Below, in pieces: positions 56,551 to 64,000 of a DNA stretch of 64,000 nt. Position 1 is the stretch's first letter; every line of letters begins with the position of its first letter. The DNA is taken from assembly GCA_964407525.1 (NCBI GenBank), contig CAYOWC010000003.1, forward strand, positions 1,588-65,587, written 5' to 3'. Source of the DNA: an uncultured Desulfobacteraceae bacterium. GTDB lineage: Bacteria > Desulfobacterota > DSM-4660 > Desulfatiglandales > Desulfatiglandaceae. The position numbers and the translations under genes were made by a program. Under the pieces are notes generated by a model that worked only from the letters and a program-made list of their open reading frames with translations, was not told the origin of the DNA and did not search any database.

Positions 56551-58335
56551 ATGTACCTGTCCAAAAAGCTGAAATGGTTTGTGCCTCTATTTGTCTTTTT
56601 TCTCTATCTTTCGGGTACAGATCTCTTTCTGGATGATCTGTACGCTTCTACGGTTCAAGTGAACGTTGTCCAATCGATGGAGCATTATCCAGCGGGAAAG
56701 TCTTTTCCTATACAATTTGAAATACGCATAGATAAAGGCTGGTATATTCATGGGTTGGAAAAAGGCAAGGATTTCTTGGTCCCAACGGTTCTGTCTTTTC
56801 CAACCACAGGGAATGTTCGAATCGAGAAAATCGATTTTCCCGGGCCGGACAAGATTACTTTACCGTATGCGAAAGATCCCATTGAGGTGTTTTCCGGGGA
56901 AATCCGTGTAAAGGCCCTCCTGGTAATGGAAAAAGAGGCCAGTGTAGGAAACCATATGCTCAAAGGGGAACTTTCCTATCAGGCCTGCTCCGAAAATTCG
57001 TGCCTTCCTCCTGAAACGGTCTCTGTCTCTGTTTCCCTGTCTGTTGTTCAGGAAGGTGCTGTTTCGAACCCCATCAACCAGGAAGTGTTTCATCCTGAGA
57101 GTGACGAGAAATCTTTCACGGATTCATCCGAAGATTTTGGTATTGGCGCCGGAATGTTGCTGACGCTCATCGGAATTTTTTTAGGGGGGCTGGCGCTGAA
57201 TCTTACGCCATGTGTTTATCCATTAATTCCCATAACCGTATCTTATTTCGGAGGGAGAAGTGATACAATAAAAGGCAGCACCATTATCCACGGGGTGCTT
57301 TATATCCTTGGTCTTGCCTTCACGAATTCCGTGTTAGGGCTGGCTGCGGCCCTCTCGGGTGGTATGCTGGGGGCTATCCTTCAGAATCCGGTGGTTCTTT
57401 TTATTGTGGCCGGCATTATGGTGGGGTTGGCATTGAGTTTTTTCGGTTTTTATGAAATCAGAATCCCGTCCAAGATTACCCAAGTGGCTTCCCGGAATTT
57501 CGGTGGTTTTTTCGGTACATTTTTCATGGGGCTTACGCTCGGGATTGTGGCTGCGCCATGCCTGGGCCCATTTATTCTGGGATTGTTGACCTATGTGGGG
57601 CAGAAAGGAGATCCCTTCCTGGGGTTCCTGTACTTCTTCGTCCTGAGCATCGGTATGGGTCTCCCTTTAGCGATACTGGCAGTCTTTTCGGGTACTATTG
57701 ACAAGCTTCCCATGTCCGGTACATGGATGGTGTGGATAAGAAAAGCGCTTGGCTGGGTGCTTATTGGGATGGCAGGGTATATGCTGCAGCCGCTTTTCTA
57801 CAGTGAATTGGCAAGGTCAGGCATGTATGCAGGCATATTGTTATTGGCAGGACTTCATCTTGGATGGATCGACAAAAACAAGGGTGCACGTACTTTTCTC
57901 GTGGTCAAAAAGGTTTTCGGGCTGGTTTTGATAGGGGGAGCTGTGACCCTGTTGATTATTGGGGCTGAAAAAGGAGAATCGATTCAATGGGCTTCTTACA
58001 GTGAGTCTGTACTGGTGGAATCAGAAAAGCTGAAAAAACCCGTAATTCTCGATTTTTATGCGGACTGGTGTGGGCCGTGTAAGGCTCTTGAGAAGAAGGT
58101 TTTCAATAATCCTGATATTGTAACATTGAGCAAAGAATTTACCAATGTGAAAGTGGACTTGACAACGCGCCACGAAGCCCAGGATGTGCTACAGAAAAAA
58201 TATGAAATCAGGGGGGTTCCGACTATTATTTTTATAAAAAGAGATGGAATAGAAGAAAGAAAATTGCGGATTGAATCATACGTTGATCCTGATCAAATGT
58301 TGAAAAAAATGCGGGAGCTGTTGAGTGGAAAGTAG
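56551..58335 (+). CDS. dsbD: Thiol:disulfide interchange protein DsbD (N-terminal domain, CcdA-like TM core, C-terminal thioredoxin)
   Basis: The N-domain has YQACSENSCLPP. The TM core has LNLTPCVYPLIP and VAAPCLGPF. The C-terminal thioredoxin carries WCGPC. Confidence 0.85.
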   Translation: MYLSKKLKWFVPLFVFFLYLSGTDLFLDDLYASTVQVNVVQSMEHYPAGKSFPIQFEIRIDKGWYIHGLEKGKDFLVPTVLSFPTTGNVRIEKIDFPGPDKITLPYAKDPIEVFSGEIRVKALLVMEKEASVGNHMLKGELSYQACSENSCLPPETVSVSVSLSVVQEGAVSNPINQEVFHPESDEKSFTDSSEDFGIGAGMLLTLIGIFLGGLALNLTPCVYPLIPITVSYFGGRSDTIKGSTIIHGVLYILGLAFTNSVLGLAAALSGGMLGAILQNPVVLFIVAGIMVGLALSFFGFYEIRIPSKITQVASRNFGGFFGTFFMGLTLGIVAAPCLGPFILGLLTYVGQKGDPFLGFLYFFVLSIGMGLPLAILAVFSGTIDKLPMSGTWMVWIRKALGWVLIGMAGYMLQPLFYSELARSGMYAGILLLAGLHLGWIDKNKGARTFLVVKKVFGLVLIGGAVTLLIIGAEKGESIQWASYSESVLVESEKLKKPVILDFYADWCGPCKALEKKVFNNPDIVTLSKEFTNVKVDLTTRHEAQDVLQKKYEIRGVPTIIFIKRDGIEERKLRIESYVDPDQMLKKMRELLSGK

Positions 58336-58470
58336 AAAATGGTTTAGGAACGGTTGCAGGAATTGCTGGAAATGTACTTATTGTCTTTGAAAAATGGTGA
58401 AAACCATGATAGTACACGTCTTTCTACTTCAAACTTAGGATGAGTACCCAACCTGACAGGGCTTTTAACT

Positions 58471-59193
58471 ATGTTTACGGATACCCCCCCCTCTCTTGAA
58501 AAAAGACTGGGTTTGATGGATACGTTCAGCTTTTCATGCCATAGCGGACTGTCTTGTTTTAACAGATGCTGTCGAAACAAACATCTGCCTTTGACGCCCT
58601 ACGACGTGATCAGGATGAAGAGGGCTCTCCATCTTCTTTCCGATGATTTTTTGTCCCAATATGCGGTTTATCGGCTGGACCCTGGTTCAGGATTCCCCGT
58701 TTTGTCTTTGAAAATGAAAGGCGATGACAACGTGTGCCCATTTGTAGGTCGTGATGGCTGTAAAATCTATGACGACCGTCCAACGGCTTGTCGTCTTTTT
58801 CCCTTGGGAAGGCTTTCGGCCCTTGGGGACGAAGACGGGATCTTCTATCTGCTGAATATTAAGGGGTGTGAGGGTACAAGAGAAAGTAAAGTGCAGAGTG
58901 TACATCAGTGGAGGGCGGATCAAGGATTCCTCCCCTACGATGAAATGAACGACAGAATGCTTGAAATCCTCTTTCACCCCAAGCGCGATCGTTCCCTTCC
59001 CCTTGACGAAGGGCAACAACAGAAAGTCATGGTGGCAGGCTATAATGTGGATGTTTTCAGGGAATTTGTCTTTCATACCAATTTCTTTGAATTGTTCCGC
59101 ATAGACAAGGCTACAAGGGAAAAAGTAAAGAAGGATGATGAAGCGCTGTTGAAAATGGGGTTTTCTTATTTGAAAAATGTTCTTTTTCGTTGA
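58471..59193 (+). CDS. YkgJ-family Cys-cluster protein (second copy)
   Basis: The motifs CHSGLSCFNRCC and VCPFVGRDGCKIYDDRPTACRLFP are present. This is the same family signature as 37124-37786. Confidence 0.7.
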   Translation: MFTDTPPSLEKRLGLMDTFSFSCHSGLSCFNRCCRNKHLPLTPYDVIRMKRALHLLSDDFLSQYAVYRLDPGSGFPVLSLKMKGDDNVCPFVGRDGCKIYDDRPTACRLFPLGRLSALGDEDGIFYLLNIKGCEGTRESKVQSVHQWRADQGFLPYDEMNDRMLEILFHPKRDRSLPLDEGQQQKVMVAGYNVDVFREFVFHTNFFELFRIDKATREKVKKDDEALLKMGFSYLKNVLFR

Positions 59194-59291
59194 AAAAATG
59201 CTTTTTAGAAATATTTTCCGAAGGAGAAAATGGAATTCCGGCGATTCGTTTTTGGCGAATGAAATCCGGTTTTACTAATTGGAGGCATATA

Positions 59292-60212
59292 ATGACAAGG
59301 TCAATTTTGACTGTAGATGATTTAACTTCTGAAGATCTTTTTGCCATATTGGCGAGAGTGAAAGCATTTAAAAGCGCTGTGAAAGAAAAAAAAGATCTTT
59401 GTGTCTTGAAAAACGCGGTGATCGGAATTCTCTTTGAGAAACCATCCACAAGGACGCGAACCAGCTTCGAATCAGCCATTTTGAGGCTCGGTGGAGGGGC
59501 GATCTATCTTTCTTCAGACGATCTTCAGATAAAAAGAGGGGAGCCCATAGAAGATACAGCCCGAATTCTCGGCAGCTATCTTGATGCGGTAATTGCAAGG
59601 GTTAATTCACATAAGACCCTGGAAGTGCTTTCGACCTATTCGGGGATTCCTGTCATTAACGGTTTGAGCGATCTTACCCATCCAACCCAGGCCATATGCG
59701 ATCTCTTTACTATTATGGAAGTAAAAGGAACCCTTAAGGGACTGACCTTGGCCTATATAGGCGATGGGAACAATGTGTGCCATTCTCTACTGCTCGCTTG
59801 TGCATTGGCTGGTATGAACATGCGGGTTGCCAGTCCGGAAGGCTTCTTTCCCAGGAGGGATATTGTGGAAAAGGCCCGTGAAATTGCGGCAAAAACCGGG
59901 GCTGCTCTCAGCGTTATTGAAGATCCGCAAGAGGGGGCGAGAGGGGCTGACGTACTTTATTCAGACGTTTGGGTGAGTATGGGCGAAGAAGAAGAGAAAG
60001 ACAAAAAGCTGGCCGCGTTTCGAGGATACCAGATCAATAAGGAACTTCTCAAAATGGCTGCTCCCGATGCCGTAGTTATGCACTGTTTACCTGCTTACAG
60101 AGGTCTGGAAATTACGGAAGAAGTAATGGAAGGTCCTCAATCCATTATATGGCAACAGGGGGAAAATAAAATGCACGGCGCTGGAGGAATCCTGGACTTT
60201 CTGCTGTCATAA
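59292..60212 (+). CDS. argF: Ornithine carbamoyltransferase
   Basis: The ATG at 59292 has GGAGG upstream. The motifs are FEKPSTRTRTSFE, DVWVSMG and HCLPAYRG. Confidence 0.9.
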   Translation: MTRSILTVDDLTSEDLFAILARVKAFKSAVKEKKDLCVLKNAVIGILFEKPSTRTRTSFESAILRLGGGAIYLSSDDLQIKRGEPIEDTARILGSYLDAVIARVNSHKTLEVLSTYSGIPVINGLSDLTHPTQAICDLFTIMEVKGTLKGLTLAYIGDGNNVCHSLLLACALAGMNMRVASPEGFFPRRDIVEKAREIAAKTGAALSVIEDPQEGARGADVLYSDVWVSMGEEEEKDKKLAAFRGYQINKELLKMAAPDAVVMHCLPAYRGLEITEEVMEGPQSIIWQQGENKMHGAGGILDFLLS

Positions 60213-60263
60213 ATGCACTTGGGTATAACCGGGCATTGGATTTTTTCTTTGTTGAACGATCCC

Positions 60264-61625
60264 TTAATTTACGACCACCTCCACGGAATCATACCAGGTG
60301 GAGTTGGTGGAATCGTCATCAAGTTTATCAATGACAAAGTAGAAGGTGTATGTCCCCGCCGGCAGTGGCACATCAAGGACTTCAAGGGGAGGGGATAGTT
60401 CGAACAGGGGCGTTTGAGCATACAAATGAATGCCTTGCTGCCATCCATCGGAGTAAACATAGGTGATCCAGTCGTTGGGGGCTGGAAAAGACGTATGGAC
60501 GCCAATCCACCAGTTGGCATTCTGCCCTTCCTGATTACCAGGATTCAGGCTTACCGAGACCTGTGCTGAGTCCTTGGAAGACAGGAAAACGGGGCCGTCG
60601 GAATCATTGATCTTCATGTCAGGAAAAACGGTATCATTATTCCAGAGGGTTGGTTTGTACACTGCCACCATTCCATCCATACGCTCCCCCTGCTCGACTG
60701 TAAATTGGTCCATGCACGCATCATCGGAGTAGTCCATGAAGTTGTGGATGGGGTCCTCGCCGGGATCTCTTGGGCAGGAATCCCGCCCCAGGGGGCAGCC
60801 CGACGCGGAGCTTGCTTCATAGGGCGTATCATCGACTTCATCTCCAGGAAGAATGCATCCATTTTCGAACGTATGATACAACCCAAGGTAATGGCCCACT
60901 TCATGGGTTGCGGTATCCCCCTCATCATAGGGATAAGCCGTTCCCCCTGGCAGGGAAGAGTACAGAACGACCACGCCGTGCATAAAACTGTTTTCTGCAA
61001 AGCTGGAAGGAAAATAGGAATATCCGAGTATTCCGCTTGACAGGTCGCATGTGTAAATATTCAAGGTCGAAGCGGGGTTTACGGCAAGGGCTTTTTTCAT
61101 TTCAGATTCAGATCGAGAAGATATTGACCAAAGAGAGTTGTCCACCCTGTTCACGCTCTGAAGGCTGAACTGATAGCCTACATCTCTATAGGCATCGTTG
61201 AGCACATCCATCTGCTCGTTGATCTGCAGATCTGTGACGTCTGCATAGCCGTCGGAATGTCTTACTATGTGAAATGCAACAGGAATGATGACGGAATTCT
61301 CTCTGGTTTCCCTTTTCTGCAGGAATAAGCTGTCTAATGCTTTCCGGGTTTTCTCCGCCTCCTCACGGGTTGGGGAGGGAGTGCCGCATCGGACGCCTGT
61401 TACCCATGTGCCGTCAGACCCAAAAAAAGTCGCGAGGTTTTCAAGGGAACCCGATTGGCTATAGGGGGTTTGCAGTGCGCTGTTTTGAAAAGACCCCTGT
61501 GGCTCGGCCATAGAGAATGTCCTACTGCCTGTAACCAGGAACATTACAAGGAGCAAAATACCTGTCTTGACCAGGATATGGAAGAAGAGTCGAGGGGACT
61601 CTTTGTGTGTATTTTCGTAACCCAC
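60264..61625 (-). CDS. Secreted M43-family (pappalysin/cytophagalysin-like) zinc metalloprotease
   Basis: It has an N-terminal signal/TM. The zinc site is HEVGHYLGLYHTF, with multiple Cys downstream. Confidence 0.8.
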   Translation of the reverse strand: MGYENTHKESPRLFFHILVKTGILLLVMFLVTGSRTFSMAEPQGSFQNSALQTPYSQSGSLENLATFFGSDGTWVTGVRCGTPSPTREEAEKTRKALDSLFLQKRETRENSVIIPVAFHIVRHSDGYADVTDLQINEQMDVLNDAYRDVGYQFSLQSVNRVDNSLWSISSRSESEMKKALAVNPASTLNIYTCDLSSGILGYSYFPSSFAENSFMHGVVVLYSSLPGGTAYPYDEGDTATHEVGHYLGLYHTFENGCILPGDEVDDTPYEASSASGCPLGRDSCPRDPGEDPIHNFMDYSDDACMDQFTVEQGERMDGMVAVYKPTLWNNDTVFPDMKINDSDGPVFLSSKDSAQVSVSLNPGNQEGQNANWWIGVHTSFPAPNDWITYVYSDGWQQGIHLYAQTPLFELSPPLEVLDVPLPAGTYTFYFVIDKLDDDSTNSTWYDSVEVVVN

Positions 61626-61839
61626 CTTAATCTCCTTTAGAAAAGCCGGAATGCCGTACTGCGTATGGAAAATGGATATGACATCGATTGTCCCTTATAA
61701 TAAAGTTCAAAATAAGAACTTGGTTCCTTTTTTCAAGGCTATGGTTCCCGTTTCTGTAATGCGGAGTTTGGAATAGAAGGAGTTGCTTACGTACCCAACG
61801 GGACGGATAAATCCACCATATAACAGAAAAGGAAATGCC

Positions 61840-62523
61840 ATGAAAGACGTAAAACTTTTTGACCAGTGGCCTAATAAATACGATGCCTGGTTCAAGACCC
61901 CGATTGGACGATTGATCCTGAAATACGAGAGCGAGCTGGTCTTTAAAATGCTTTCTCCTTCTCCAGGGGAACGTATTCTGGATGCGGGTTGCGGTTCAGG
62001 GATATTCTCTAAGGGTATGATTTCTGCTGGAGCAGAAATTTTTGGCCTCGATCTTTCGCTTCCCATGCTTACCAAATCGGCTGAAAAACATGCAGGAATG
62101 TCGCTTTTCCTTTCTCAAGGAAGTATGGAAAGTCTTCCATTTTCTAATAATGTTTTTAACAAGACCGTGTCTATAACGGCCGTAGAGTTTATTGAAGATG
62201 CAAAAAGAGCTGTGGCGGAACTTTTCCGTGTTACCAGACCTGGTGGCATCATTGTGGTTGCTACCTTGAACAGTTCAGGGCCGTGGGCCGAACGGAGAAA
62301 GGAATCGGGGAAAAAAGGCCATCCGATTTTTAAAAAAGTGTATTTCAGGTCCCGTGAAGAAATAGCAGCGCTATCGGAAGTAGAGGGTGTTATAGAAAGT
62401 GGGATACATTTTAAGAAGGAAGATAGTCCCGAGAATGCGGAAAGAGCAGAGAAGGTCGGCAGAGAAAAAAGTCTTGAGACGGGCGCCTTCCTGGCAGCGC
62501 GCTGGCAGAAACCTCTGCTGTAA
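61840..62523 (+). CDS. Class I SAM-dependent methyltransferase
   Basis: Motif I (ILDAGCGSGIFS) and post-I/II motifs are present. I prefer the ATG at 61840 (MKDVKLFDQW...) over the track start at 61783. Confidence 0.8.
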   Translation: MKDVKLFDQWPNKYDAWFKTPIGRLILKYESELVFKMLSPSPGERILDAGCGSGIFSKGMISAGAEIFGLDLSLPMLTKSAEKHAGMSLFLSQGSMESLPFSNNVFNKTVSITAVEFIEDAKRAVAELFRVTRPGGIIVVATLNSSGPWAERRKESGKKGHPIFKKVYFRSREEIAALSEVEGVIESGIHFKKEDSPENAERAEKVGREKSLETGAFLAARWQKPLL

Positions 62524-62691
62524 AGTTCGAAAAGTTTGACAGGAAAATCGATCAGCGGTACCATCCAAAGGTATTCTTTTCTGTCTATCCCGGGCCTTTG
62601 AAGGAATCCAGGTAAGCGAGCTGGCGAGACTCTGATGGTGCGGGCTGTCCACTGCCTACTGGAATCACAAATTTTATATGAGGTATTGCCA

Positions 62692-64000
62692 ATGCGTGAA
62701 GCTGTGACCAGACTTCGTCGTGCGTCCATCATTAATTTTGTGCGAACCTGGCGTGGGCTCAAAAGCTCAGCCCGTCATGCCATCAAAGGAAAGGTGCATC
62801 CGGGGCTTCCCAAGGAAGATTTGCCGTATTTGCACAAACGCATGGTAGAATGTGTGGAAGGCAAAGGCGGAGAAGTCAGCGCCCGTGTTCGATCTGCGGA
62901 GTTGGGTAATATCTATCTGAATTTGAACCGGAAGGGCAGGGAAAGCTTTCTGAAAAAACTTTCACGTGACTTCAGTATTGATGATGAGAAAATTTGTGCT
63001 TTCCTGGAGACTTTCAAAGGCGCCATGAATCAAAAGCAGCGTTTTGAGGCAGAAAATGCTTTGCGCGACGCTCTCGATTCACCCAAATTGAAGATCCTCC
63101 GTCAGTTTAATACCTTGGATGATGGTCTTAAATTCCTTGTGGATATGCGATCGGATCTTCTGGAATTGAAAAAAGATGATGTCTATCTGGTAGGTTTGGA
63201 AAAAGATCTGAAATTTCTCCTTAAGAGCTTGTTCGATATTGGCTTGCTTGATATGAAAGAAATCAGTTGGAATTCCCCTGCAGCCCTCCTCGAGAAACTC
63301 ATGGAGTATGAGGCGGTGCATCAGATTTCTTCATGGCGGGATTTGAAAAACCGGCTTGATTCCGACAGACGCTGTTTTGCCTTTTTTCACAATAAGATGC
63401 CCGACGAACCACTTATTTTCATCGAGGTGGCGCTCGTGAAGGGTATGGCGGATAGCGTACAGAACCTGCTGAATGAGGAAAGCCCTGTTGGAGATCAGGA
63501 CGAGGCGGATACGGCTATCTTTTATTCCATAACAAATGCACAGAAAGGACTTGCCGGGGTCAGCCTGGGCAATTTTCTCATAAAGTGGGTAGTTTCAGAA
63601 CTTTCCTCAGAGTTAAAAAACCTCAAGGTCTTTGCGACTTTGTCGCCGATCCCAGGGTTTCGAAGATGGTTGGATCCTCTCCTTGAAAAAGGCGACACTT
63701 CTCTATTTAAGGCCGGCGATATCCTGCTGATAAAAAAAATGGGATCAGGGGATAATGCTGCCAGAAATTTCCTTGAAATTTTGCAAACCGACTGGCATAA
63801 CGACGAGAAAACTTGTGGTGTCCTGGAAAAACCGCTTATGGGACTTGCTGCGCATTATCTCCTGAATGAAAAAAAGAAGAAACGCGCCCTGGATCCCGTA
63901 ACCCATTTCCATATTTCCAATGGTGCTCGACTTGAGCGGATTAACTGGTTAGGAGACGTTTCCACCAAGGGCATACTGGAATCCGCCGGACTTATGGTTA
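62692..64000 (+). CDS. Malonyl-CoA decarboxylase family protein, 5' partial (runs off the right edge)
   Basis: The frame opens at the ATG at 62692 and stays open to the window end, so it is absent from the ORF track. My translation contains FFHNKMPDEPLIFIEVAL, FATLSPIPGF and DPVTHFHISNGA, which are typical of the MCD family. Confidence 0.75.
   Translation, partial: MREAVTRLRRASIINFVRTWRGLKSSARHAIKGKVHPGLPKEDLPYLHKRMVECVEGKGGEVSARVRSAELGNIYLNLNRKGRESFLKKLSRDFSIDDEKICAFLETFKGAMNQKQRFEAENALRDALDSPKLKILRQFNTLDDGLKFLVDMRSDLLELKKDDVYLVGLEKDLKFLLKSLFDIGLLDMKEISWNSPAALLEKLMEYEAVHQISSWRDLKNRLDSDRRCFAFFHNKMPDEPLIFIEVALVKGMADSVQNLLNEESPVGDQDEADTAIFYSITNAQKGLAGVSLGNFLIKWVVSELSSELKNLKVFATLSPIPGFRRWLDPLLEKGDTSLFKAGDILLIKKMGSGDNAARNFLEILQTDWHNDEKTCGVLEKPLMGLAAHYLLNEKKKKRALDPVTHFHISNGARLERINWLGDVSTKGILESAGLMV

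Overview
This is a chromosomal window from an anaerobic, deltaproteobacteria-like (Desulfobacterota-type) sulfite/sulfate reducer or syntroph. The taxonomy is inferred from gene content only. All calls come from reading the supplied translations and the DNA by eye; no searches were run.

Gene content, left to right:
- (1) A minus-strand operon for a cytoplasmic Mo/W-bisPGD oxidoreductase. It also encodes a 4Fe-4S subunit, a GltD-like flavoprotein, a CBS protein, a 2Fe-2S/4Fe-4S protein and a UbiE-like methyltransferase.
- (2) A 13-gene co-directional minus-strand locus, about 7.7 kb. It carries five NifX/NifB-C-like domains, two IscU-like scaffolds, an Mrp/NBP35 ATPase, two MinD-ferredoxin ATPases, DUF134, DUF5320, an FmdB zinc ribbon and an RGG zinc-ribbon peptide. 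Two near-consensus sigma-54 promoters lie inside it. I consider this the best candidate for an undescribed system.
- (3) An orphan GspE/PilB-type ATPase with a tandem MshEN (c-di-GMP-type) motif at the N-terminus and a receiver domain at the C-terminus.
- (4) purD, followed by a DUF1566 secreted protein.
- (5) A branched-chain amino acid operon, cimA-leuA-leuCD-ilvD-ilvBN-ilvC plus a nitrilase-family gene. It is preceded by a strong sigma-70 promoter, a 45-codon Ile/Leu/Val-rich leader ORF and a strong intrinsic terminator, which together look like a leader-peptide attenuator.
- (6) The dissimilatory sulfite reductase locus, with dsrN-dsrC divergent from dsrA-dsrB-dsrD.
- (7) TPR and YkgJ-type Cys-cluster genes, a tightly coupled uncharacterised operon (FmdB / 97 aa / Zn-finger-HEAT / 383 aa), and a divergent ATP-grasp gene.
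- (8) Moco genes: moeA, moeA-PBP fusion, a modE-like HTH and mobB.
- (9) The tol-pal cluster: tolQRAB-pal-cpoB.
- (10) A ClC channel with four CBS motifs, an SNase-like nuclease, a small excisionase-type HTH, DUF1343/NamZ-like, dsbD, a second YkgJ-type protein, argF, an M43 metalloprotease, a SAM methyltransferase and a 5' partial malonyl-CoA decarboxylase.

A family of short intergenic repeats recurs at several positions. I recognised no rRNA, tRNA, CRISPR array, transposase or integrase.
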